Below, piece after piece: positions 47,876 to 54,806 of a DNA stretch of 64,000 nt. This stretch comes from a virus. Taxonomy: Duplodnaviria; Caudoviricetes. Under the pieces are notes generated by a model, which worked only from the letters and a program-made list of their open reading frames with translations, had not been told where the DNA came from and made no database searches. Every line of letters begins with the position of its first letter. Position 1 is the first letter of the stretch. The stretch lies in the IMG/VR virus record IMGVR_UViG_3300028591_000169, positions 15,414-79,413 of that record. One strand, given 5' to 3'. The translations under genes were made by a program, and so were the position numbers.

Positions 47876-48173
47876 CGGGTTTCTCCTCGGATTGCGCCTG
47901 GTTCATCGCCTTGTCAAAGGAATACAGAGCGTCTTCGATGTGCTTGCTGGTCCACTCGACGAACTTGTCGTTGTACATCTCGGGATGCTCCATCACCTTG
48001 AACAACATGCTCAAGAAGAACGAAGTGTAATCGAAATCGCGATTGTTCAGAGCTTCCATCGCCTTCTGATATTCGGCGACGAGCTTCTGATACTGGAGGT
48101 GCAGTTCGCCGAATCTCTTGGCGAGTTCATCATAGGACAATTTGGGCTGTCCGGGTTTTTTCTTTTCTTCCAT
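47862..48173 (-). CDS. Hypothetical coiled-coil protein, 103 aa
   Basis: Track ORF in the operon; KLSYDEL motif. Confidence 0.5.
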   Translation of the reverse strand: MEEKKKPGQPKLSYDELAKRFGELHLQYQKLVAEYQKAMEALNNRDFDYTSFFLSMLFKVMEHPEMYNDKFVEWTSKHIEDALYSFDKAMNQAQSEEKPDEAE

Positions 48174-48197
48174 AGTCTTACTCTTTAGAATGATATG

Positions 48198-48590
48198 TTA
48201 TTTTCTTTTCTTAAGTCTTCGTTTCAGTTTCATGGCTCCACTTCCTCTGGAGAGGGCCCAGTCGAACCATCGTTCGAATTCTTCGTCTGGTACTGCAACA
48301 TAGTCGTTGATGCCGAATACTCTGAGATAAGATATTCCCATCTTTCCAGCCAGGTGGTAAAGTACTGTTCCGTATCTTTTGAAATCGTTATATCCAATTC
48401 GTTTGGCAAAATCGAAACCGAATCCGTGAACTCTCTCTCTTCGTTGTCCGAGACGGTTGAGGCGCAGAAAGGCTTGGCGTCCGATGGAAGCGTGGTAGTC
48501 ACTTCTAAATCGGCAATATGCCTCATCTGCATCCAGGCATCGAATTCGTCCATAGAAGATTTGTCCATCTCGCCTTACAATTTGTTCCAT
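48198..48590 (-). CDS. Hypothetical protein, 130 aa
   Basis: Track ORF in the operon. Confidence 0.45.
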   Translation of the reverse strand: MEQIVRRDGQIFYGRIRCLDADEAYCRFRSDYHASIGRQAFLRLNRLGQRRERVHGFGFDFAKRIGYNDFKRYGTVLYHLAGKMGISYLRVFGINDYVAVPDEEFERWFDWALSRGSGAMKLKRRLKKRK

Positions 48591-48790
48591 TCAATCTCCT
48601 TCCGCTTCTTTTCCCTTCGTTCCTCCTCGGCGAGCCACTCGTCCATCGTGCATATACCTATGTTCGTTGAACGGCATTTACCGCAGTAGGAGCCGTCCCA
48701 TCCCTCGAATGCAAGCGAGTCGTCGACTACGATGCAGAGGGAGTGGCAGCTCCTACAGTAATAAACAAGTCCTTCGTCGAGCTCCTGCAT
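48575..48790 (-). CDS. Small zinc-ribbon protein, 71 aa
   Basis: YCRSCHSL...YCGKC (two CxxC motifs). Confidence 0.6.
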   Translation of the reverse strand: MQELDEGLVYYCRSCHSLCIVVDDSLAFEGWDGSYCGKCRSTNIGICTMDEWLAEEERREKKRKEIEWNKL

Positions 48791-48792
48791 TT

Positions 48793-48936
48793 CTATTCCT
48801 CACCAAAGTATGACAACAGGAACGTGCCGTCTGGAGACGGGAATATACTGACGATGTCCTCCTTTTTTATGCCGTGATCATTCACGAATTGATTGATTGT
48901 CCGCATATCATTTGCGGCGAAAGTGAACATTTTCAT
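48793..48936 (-). CDS. Hypothetical protein, 47 aa (MKMFTFAANDMRTINQFVNDHGIKKEDIVSI...)
   Basis: Hand-translated; first ORF after the TATCTTTG box. Confidence 0.5.
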   Translation of the reverse strand: MKMFTFAANDMRTINQFVNDHGIKKEDIVSIFPSPDGTFLLSYFGEE

Positions 48937-48957
48937 AGAAAACTCATTTGGTTACGG

Positions 48958-48965
48958 CAAAGATA
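48958..48965 (-). promoter_or_regulatory. Bacteroidota -7 box (TATCTTTG)
   Basis: Exact TAnnTTTG match in an AT-rich intergenic region after a terminator. Confidence 0.6.
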
Positions 48966-49028
48966 ATAAACCGTTTTGTAAAATGAAAACATTTTTGTTT
49001 CATTTATTATAACAGAAATAGTTACACG

Positions 49029-49054
49029 AAAAAGGAGGACCGTCAAGTCCTCCT
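49029..49054 (-). terminator. Intrinsic terminator closing the accessory cassette
   Basis: AGGAGGAC/GTCCTCCT stem followed by TTTT. Confidence 0.75.
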
Positions 49055-49056
49055 AA

Positions 49057-49467
49057 TCATCTGCATCCGAGTTCGCAAATCACTTCAGCCAAAGCCTTTG
49101 CGGTGTCTCCGGATATGTATGCTGGTCGCTCTGAGTCAAGCGGGACACCAAGAGATTTTGCGATGGCATCAGCAAGATGCCTTACTTCATGCACGAAAGT
49201 GTTCTGGAACTCGTCACCTGAACTTGTGGGGCCGATAAGGACAACAGCCCTTCTCCTTTCCTGATTGGTATAGGTGAATCCGCGGTTGTACTCGCAGGAA
49301 AGCATCAGATCTTCCGCCTGTTCCATGATACCGTTCGGAGCATAAGCATCATACAAGCAGGCAAGGACGCCTTCAATATCATATCGTTTAGTGCAGAACA
49401 GGAAATCTACCGTCCAGCGACCAATCCCCAAGACACGATGAATCATGGCTAAATCATTTCGTTCCAA
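49057..49467 (-). CDS. Small zincin-like metallopeptidase, up to 136 aa
   Basis: TFVHEVRHL (HExxH) and a downstream E..AY.SG; the true start may be 49446 (MIHRVLG). Confidence 0.6.
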   Translation of the reverse strand: MERNDLAMIHRVLGIGRWTVDFLFCTKRYDIEGVLACLYDAYAPNGIMEQAEDLMLSCEYNRGFTYTNQERRRAVVLIGPTSSGDEFQNTFVHEVRHLADAIAKSLGVPLDSERPAYISGDTAKALAEVICELGCR

Positions 49468-49847
49468 AGAATCGGAACGCCCTTTGCCGAACAGTCGGCG
49501 AAAAAACGTGTAAATGCTATTCCATTATACCCGTCCCTATCATCCAACAAGTCTCTAACATATGCTGCCGCATGAGCCTCATCAATGATAGAACTGCCGA
49601 CGAAATCCGAGATACACATATGATAGACATAAACGACATCATAGCCATAATTGTTTTTAATGTTGATGTTGTATTTCTTAATGATGGCATCAACCTGCTC
49701 TTTTGACTTCATCTTGACTTCGTTGTCGCTCATGTCGCGCATTCCTCCTACCGCCCATTCACACATCTTCCTGGAAAAATGCCAGCCATAATGAGAAAGA
49801 TACGCCTCCATTCCATCGGGAAGTATATCATAATAATCCAATCTCAT
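49449..49847 (-). CDS. Conserved hypothetical cassette protein, 132 aa
   Basis: RLDYYD..P..M.AYLS.YGWHFS...CEWAV and F.RF.ADC..KG.PI.W motifs, recalled from Bacteroidota prophages. Confidence 0.6.
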   Translation of the reverse strand: MRLDYYDILPDGMEAYLSHYGWHFSRKMCEWAVGGMRDMSDNEVKMKSKEQVDAIIKKYNINIKNNYGYDVVYVYHMCISDFVGSSIIDEAHAAAYVRDLLDDRDGYNGIAFTRFFADCSAKGVPILWNEMI

Positions 49848-49862
49848 AGCAAAAACAATTAA

Positions 49863-49882
49863 GGGGCGAGTTTCCCCGCCCC
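49863..49882 (-). terminator. Intergenic hairpin (attenuator or weak terminator) inside the cassette
   Basis: GGGGCG/CGCCCC stem followed by TTAATTGTTTTT. Confidence 0.45.
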
Positions 49883-49888
49883 GGTTGA

Positions 49889-50119
49889 TTAACGCATCCG
49901 GCGCATGCCACGCTCCTGCATCTCGTCCTCATCGCGTTCATCTCGACGATAGGAACCGCGTTCGCCGTATCCGTACTCGTCTTCCATGTCGCCGGTGAGT
50001 TCGCAGATGTATTCGATGGCTTTCTTCGCTGCCTTGACAGATTTCTTGGCTTCCATCAGGGCGTCCTTGTAATCGTGGTAGTCGCTGCCACCACGCTTCA
50101 TGATGTGTACAAGACCCAT
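49889..50119 (-). CDS. Small charged protein with an RG-rich/acidic tail, 76 aa
   Basis: Helical N-half, then GYGERGSYRRDERDEDEMQERGMRRMR. Confidence 0.6.
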   Translation of the reverse strand: MGLVHIMKRGGSDYHDYKDALMEAKKSVKAAKKAIEYICELTGDMEDEYGYGERGSYRRDERDEDEMQERGMRRMR

Positions 50120-50122
50120 AGT

Positions 50123-50614
50123 TTATTCCTCCTTTGTCTTGGTTCCAAGGATGGCAGAGAGCATCCGCTTCATCTCGGACAATTCATCCTTCAAAGCAGC
50201 CAGCTCCTTCGCGCTCTTGACCTCACGTTGTTTATCGGGGTTCAAAGAGATAAGAAGCGCTTCATATTTTTCGAACAGGTCTTTGTTGGTCTCGTAACTA
50301 TCTATGATCCGCTTGCTGTTATCCCGAAGCGTCGTAATCTCATTCACGACAAGTCCCTGGTCTTCACTGATGAATAAGCCCTTGTCCGCAAAATTCGCCG
50401 TAGAAGCGGATGCGGGCAATCCAAGGAAAGGTATCGTATCACTTCCGACGGAAACAGTCAAGTCAGTAACCATACCATTGAACATAGCCTGTGGCTGATT
50501 TGGATTATACTGAGGAAGATGAGTATTGACAGAAACAACTCTGCCCACCTCAACCTTCGGCTCGTTCTTGTGCAGGATGAAGAGCGTTGCTCCCTGCGTC
50601 ATCGCTTGAAACAT
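50123..50614 (-). CDS. Cassette protein with a beta-rich N-terminus and a C-terminal coiled coil, 163 aa
   Basis: Start refined to MFQAMTQGATLFILHK; the longer track ORF reads through the HNH leader. Confidence 0.6.
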   Translation of the reverse strand: MFQAMTQGATLFILHKNEPKVEVGRVVSVNTHLPQYNPNQPQAMFNGMVTDLTVSVGSDTIPFLGLPASASTANFADKGLFISEDQGLVVNEITTLRDNSKRIIDSYETNKDLFEKYEALLISLNPDKQREVKSAKELAALKDELSEMKRMLSAILGTKTKEE

Positions 50615-50635
50615 TATTAATTCGATTTTATTTGT

Positions 50636-50741
50636 TATATTTGTGATAGGGAATAGGTAGGAGTCATGACCTACTGACAAGAGGTTCGTCAACGCCTCTT
50701 TCCCTTTTCTTAATCGTTGACATAATGTAAATGTTGACAAT
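50636..50741 (+). ncRNA. Promoter (TATATTTG) plus structured leader RNA of the HNH gene
   Basis: Outer stem AGGGAA/TTCCCT encloses hairpins GTAGG/CCTAC and AAGAGG/CCTCTT. The second loop (GTCAAC) is complementary to two downstream GTTGAC copies. Confidence 0.55.
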
Positions 50742-51389
50742 ATGACAAAAGAAGAATTTATCCAGAGCATCGCTCTGCCGGGAGAAGAATGGCGAGATGT
50801 GCCGGGATACGAAGGCATCTATGTGTTTTCGTCCGAAGGTCGCGTTGCGTCCATAAGAACGGAAATCTTCTATCAAGGAAGGGAAAAACCGAGAAAGGTT
50901 AAGCCGCTTCTCTTGAAGCCGACAATGAACAAGACAACAAACGGCGGTTATCCAACACTAATTGCATCTATTCACAAGAGAACAAAAGTATTTTTCATTC
51001 ATCGCCTTGTCGCAGAAGCTTTTGTTCCTAATCCGAACGAAAAAGCTTTTAATGAGGTTGACCACATTGACGGAAACACCAAGAATAATCGAGCGTCGAA
51101 TCTCCGTTGGACGAACCGCTCTGGAAATATGCTCAACCCCGTCTCACAAATGAGACAATCGTTAAGCCATAGAGGGAAGTTAATTGAAAGCACATTAAAA
51201 CCAGTCGTTCGGATTTCCTCGGACGGGTCTATAAAAAAGTACAGTCATATTAACGCAGCTACTTCAGAAGGATTCTCAGCACCGATGATATCTATGTGTT
51301 GTTCCGGGAAGAGAAAAACTCATAAAGGATACCGCTGGATGTACCTTTCCGACTACGAATCTCAAGTCAGTATGTCAATGAACTCCTAA
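50742..51389 (+). mobile_element. Free-standing NUMOD4-HNH-NUMOD1 homing endonuclease, 215 aa, inserted antisense in the cassette
   Basis: EEWRDVPGYEGIY, IHRLVAEAFVPNP...VDHIDGNTKNNRASNLRW and a C-terminal NUMOD1. The only convincing plus-strand gene in the window. Confidence 0.9.
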
Positions 51390-51396
51390 TCTACTT

Positions 51397-51738
51397 CTAC
51401 GCCGCCGAGGTGTTCAGCAGCTGAAGAATGTCGGAGAACCGATCATAGTAGAACAGGTAAACACCGACACCGGGAAGATCTGCCACCGTGAGGTTTGCAC
51501 CTCCGGCAACCGTCACGTTGCTGGTGGTTCCGGCCATAGAGAAGCGGATCGGAAGCGTAGCGGTCGTTGCGGAGGGAATTTCTTCTGCGAGATAGACAAG
51601 CAGGAGACCGCGGAAAGGACGGCTGTTCCAGTCCGGATTGAACTTGAAGTCAACCGACGTTTCGGAAACCGTAACGCTCTGCGCCTTGATGGTCGGAATA
51701 CCGCGCTGGTTCACATACTGATAGGGCCAGACTGCCAT
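51397..51738 (-). CDS. Small beta-sandwich-like cassette protein, 113 aa
   Basis: Beta-rich sequence; YVNQRGIPTI, ATLPIRF and GVYLFYYDR motifs. Confidence 0.6.
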   Translation of the reverse strand: MAVWPYQYVNQRGIPTIKAQSVTVSETSVDFKFNPDWNSRPFRGLLLVYLAEEIPSATTATLPIRFSMAGTTSNVTVAGGANLTVADLPGVGVYLFYYDRFSDILQLLNTSAA

Positions 51739-51753
51739 AGCGCGTTCCTCCCT

Positions 51754-52656
51754 TTAACCCCAATACGAACCGCCAGGGACACCGTAGCCGTAGCCATAAC
51801 CAGCGCCGAAACCAGCATAGGGGGTGGCGTTCATCGCAACGACATTCGGGTACTGGACAGGAATGGTGTTGGGCTGCCGGTTCTCGATTTCGATGAGCTT
51901 CGCGTTGATGGGAGCGAGCATAGAGGCGAAAGCCTGGGTCTGCGCTGCGTTGTCAATTTGGGAACGAAGGGTGGAATTGGCGGTAAGGAGGCTGTCAATC
52001 TTCTCCTGCATATCCCGTTCACGGGCATCACAGAACTCCTTGACCATCGTGGTCTTGAGGTCGGCGATTGAGTCGGCTGTGCGCTGACCGCTTCCCGTAA
52101 TGGCACCTGCCAGGGTGTTGGTCTGCTCGATTGTAGCGATGCGGGACTCGTAGCCCTGCTGAGTGGTCAGGAGACGATTTTCGCAGCAGCAGTCACAAAG
52201 TTTCGACATCAGCGTAGCGTTGCCGGACTGGATAGAGTTGATGAGCTGCGGAACGCTCACAGCCTGCTGGAGAGCAAGATTGGAGAGACCGCTCTGGAGA
52301 GCGGCAACGGCTGCACTCACCTGATTGTAATCCTGACCAAGCATGGTAGCAAGGTTCTGGATTGCAGAACGAGAAGCCTCGCCGTTGGAGTTGATCGCGT
52401 TCATCAGGAGTTCGCGACCAGCGTTGTTGTCAATCTGGTTGGATATGAAACCGGCTCCGTTATTACCGCCCCAGCCACCGCCGAAGCCACCAAAACCGCC
52501 CCAACCATTACCGAAGAAGAGACCAAGAAGGAATCCAAGGATGCCGCCTCCCCATCCATTGTTGCCGCCAAATAGACCGCCATTATTCATAGCCATCCAA
52601 GCGGGCACAGTACCCCCATTGTTCTCAGGGGTATAGACTACTGTTTCACTTGCCAT
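51754..52656 (-). CDS. Gly-rich TM/coiled-coil protein with a CDCCCE motif, 300 aa
   Basis: GWGGGILGFLLGLFFGNGWGGFGG, then amphipathic helices, LCDCCCEN, a coiled coil and a GYGYGY tail. Confidence 0.75.
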   Translation of the reverse strand: MASETVVYTPENNGGTVPAWMAMNNGGLFGGNNGWGGGILGFLLGLFFGNGWGGFGGFGGGWGGNNGAGFISNQIDNNAGRELLMNAINSNGEASRSAIQNLATMLGQDYNQVSAAVAALQSGLSNLALQQAVSVPQLINSIQSGNATLMSKLCDCCCENRLLTTQQGYESRIATIEQTNTLAGAITGSGQRTADSIADLKTTMVKEFCDARERDMQEKIDSLLTANSTLRSQIDNAAQTQAFASMLAPINAKLIEIENRQPNTIPVQYPNVVAMNATPYAGFGAGYGYGYGVPGGSYWG

Positions 52657-52695
52657 AATACTTTAGTTTTTTGCAGTTATTTGCTTTAGTTTCTT

Positions 52696-52718
52696 GTTGC
52701 GCAACTACTGCAAAATTA
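52696..52718 (-). promoter_or_regulatory. -7 box TAATTTTG (52711-52718) with the downstream palindrome GTTGCGCAAC (52696-52705)
   Basis: Exact TAnnTTTG match with TTGT about 20 nt upstream, and a perfect 10-bp palindrome near the predicted +1. Confidence 0.55.
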
Positions 52719-52757
52719 TCATGTAGGCAAGCTGAAAAACAATGATGCTCAAATACG

Positions 52758-52791
52758 AAAAATCCCCCGTAGAATAACTTCTACGAGAGAT
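52758..52791 (-). terminator. Intrinsic terminator after the HTH gene
   Basis: ATCTCTCGTAGAA/TTCTACGGGGGAT stem followed by TTTT. Confidence 0.7.
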
Positions 52792-52810
52792 CAATCGAGC
52801 AACATAATGC

Positions 52811-53107
52811 TCACTTTATTCCATTTTTCTTAAGTTTCCGTATTTCGCGTTCGGACCACTTCAGCTCCTTGCTTCCTGCTTCCGGTTTACCTCTCGGAAT
52901 CTTGCCTTCGCGAACATATCTGTCGAATGTTGCACGGCTCATATTCAAGAACGTGTATGCTTGATACTTATTCCACTTGTTATCCTTCCTTGTATATCTT
53001 TGGAGGCATTTGATAATTTTGATTTGCTCCTCTTCACTGGCGTTGCTATTGTCGGCATCAATGTCGTCAACGATTCCAAGAAGAAGCTTCTTTATTGTTT
53101 GCAGCAT
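52811..53107 (-). CDS. Excisionase/MerR-like HTH DNA-binding protein, 98 aa
   Basis: YQAYTFLNMSRATFDRYVREGKIPRG. Confidence 0.7.
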   Translation of the reverse strand: MLQTIKKLLLGIVDDIDADNSNASEEEQIKIIKCLQRYTRKDNKWNKYQAYTFLNMSRATFDRYVREGKIPRGKPEAGSKELKWSEREIRKLKKNGIK

Positions 53108-53496
53108 TTCTCTTTTCGATAGAAATAAAGGACGAGAAACAAGAATAGACCAATCAAAAAGATATGGACCATAAACAAGGTTGTATTCTCTATCGGCAAT
53201 CCAAAATAATAGTCAGCGTACGTGATAAGATTATTCGCTACCACATAATGAAGGAACATCCGATGATATTCGCAAAAGCGAAATACATATGATGCAAGGT
53301 ACAAGAATAACAACGGTAACAATGACACTCCGCCAATGAATGAGAAGACAGAACTATCAATGCCAAAGAAATCCAGAAACATACCAATCATTGCCGATAG
53401 CGCTAAAAGCATAGGAATCACTTTCAGCACTATAAGCAACAATTTATACAGATTTCTTTCTGGAAACCTTTCCACCTTTCTCATATCTTGAACCAC
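53092..53496 (-). CDS. Polytopic membrane protein (about 4 TM), up to 134 aa
   Basis: Four hydrophobic stretches; its 3' end overlaps the HTH start. Confidence 0.7.
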   Translation of the reverse strand: MVQDMRKVERFPERNLYKLLLIVLKVIPMLLALSAMIGMFLDFFGIDSSVFSFIGGVSLLPLLFLYLASYVFRFCEYHRMFLHYVVANNLITYADYYFGLPIENTTLFMVHIFLIGLFLFLVLYFYRKEKCCKQ

Positions 53497-53587
53497 TTGC
53501 CTTGTATCCTGCCCTTGGAGAAGAAGGTTGTGGTCTTCCTTTCAAAATCTTGTTAAGCAATTGCTTTGCTTTATTCTTTTCTGACAT
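53444..53587 (-). CDS. Small basic peptide, 47 aa (MSEKNKAKQLLNKILKGRPQPSSPRAGYKASGSRYEKGGKVSRKKSV)
   Basis: Hand-translated, with an A-rich leader; contains a YEKGGK di-Gly motif. Confidence 0.5.
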   Translation of the reverse strand: MSEKNKAKQLLNKILKGRPQPSSPRAGYKASGSRYEKGGKVSRKKSV

Positions 53588-53684
53588 TATTCAACAATTA
53601 TATCTCATTCCACCTATAAACACCTGACGTCCACACATTATTATCTACTTTTGATTCCCAAGTCTTGCCATTGTGCTACACATC

Positions 53685-54266
53685 TTATGATGTTTTTTTG
53701 GTAACGACAAGAGAGGTTATGTAGCATTTGGGGAAACGACCGGATTTCCATGTAAAATTCGCAGTATCGTTATTATTTTCTCCACCTACCACAAGCGGAG
53801 GCTTTACGGTTTTACCAGACATGCTGTTAGAGTTGCTGCTTGTCGTACCTTTCGTGATATTATTTACCGTAACCGTACAGACATTAGACGGCAGGGTATA
53901 ATCAAAAAACACCTTAATCCTATCTCCCATGGAGAAATTTAATGTAGCGGCAACACCATTCACCTGAGCTTCCATTTGGCCGGAACTCGTCTTGTTTCGT
54001 GTATTTATTCCATTGTAAGGAGATCCGGCATTTCTGCAACGGATAACAGAACCCTGACTAACATGCGCCGTGAAATAGAAATCCAATTCTATCGTCCATC
54101 CATAAGGGAAGGTGGTTTGATTAAAAAGATATATCCCGGTATTGATAGCCGTCGCAGCCGTTCCGTCGCAAGTATGGTTATAAAGCTCATAGACGATATT
54201 ACTGACGCCGCCACTTGGAGCGGACATCATTCGAAGAGTCAACCAATTATCGAGCATTGTAACCAT
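53685..54266 (-). CDS. Concanavalin/LamG-like beta-sandwich tail-fibre domain protein, 193 aa
   Basis: DGT....INTGIYLF, WTIELDF and PLVVGG pattern; last gene of the fibre cluster. Confidence 0.5.
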   Translation of the reverse strand: MVTMLDNWLTLRMMSAPSGGVSNIVYELYNHTCDGTAATAINTGIYLFNQTTFPYGWTIELDFYFTAHVSQGSVIRCRNAGSPYNGINTRNKTSSGQMEAQVNGVAATLNFSMGDRIKVFFDYTLPSNVCTVTVNNITKGTTSSNSNSMSGKTVKPPLVVGGENNNDTANFTWKSGRFPKCYITSLVVTKKTS

Positions 54267-54269
54267 AGC

Positions 54270-54800
54270 CTAAAATTCCAGTGCGCTCGCATAGCCATTA
54301 CGGACCAAAACCTCATAATGCTTGCTCGCTCCTATGGTTGGCGCCGAACCTCCAGCCCATGTAAGTCCATTTGGCCAAGTGATCGTGGGAGCAGTGCTAC
54401 CTGTTTCAAAAGTCCAATGATACGGATTTGGAATCGTATTGTCAGTAGGAGAAGCCAATGCGAAAGTGACATTCCCGGTAATGGTCCCAAGATCATATAC
54501 TATATTTGGCTCAAACCCACCCTGCGGTTGTACGGTAGAAAGAGTTGTGACAGGAATTGCATAATAATCATTATCTACTTGTAACCCAGTCAGGATAGTT
54601 GGAGTAATACCGGATGGCACAGATGGATTAGCAACTACCATATTTCCACCACTATCAGTCGGGATCGATAAAATGGTAGAAGCAAGATTAGAAAGATTCT
54701 GGTTCGCGGGCGTCGGCATAGTGGCGCCCTTATTATCACAAGCGTCGTACGCCGATGCTACCTTTCCTTGGGCCGAAGCTATTGCTGTTGCTATACTCAT
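54270..54800 (-). CDS. Tail-fibre-associated protein, 176 aa
   Basis: C-terminal WTFETGSTAPTITWPNGLTWAGGSAPTI domain of the kind seen in phage fibres. Confidence 0.55.
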   Translation of the reverse strand: MSIATAIASAQGKVASAYDACDNKGATMPTPANQNLSNLASTILSIPTDSGGNMVVANPSVPSGITPTILTGLQVDNDYYAIPVTTLSTVQPQGGFEPNIVYDLGTITGNVTFALASPTDNTIPNPYHWTFETGSTAPTITWPNGLTWAGGSAPTIGASKHYEVLVRNGYASALEF

Positions 54801-54806
54801 AATCGG

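Noticed and set aside
50123-50818. 231-aa version of the cassette gene from the ORF track
   Set aside because: The extra 68 codons run antisense through the HNH start and its structured leader; ATG 50614 has an A-rich leader and gives a coherent protein.
34503-51389. Group I introns or inteins hosting the HNH genes, or interrupting TerL, portal or MCP
   Set aside because: Both HNH genes sit between intact ORFs, and TerL, portal and MCP are continuous and of normal length with no intein motifs seen.
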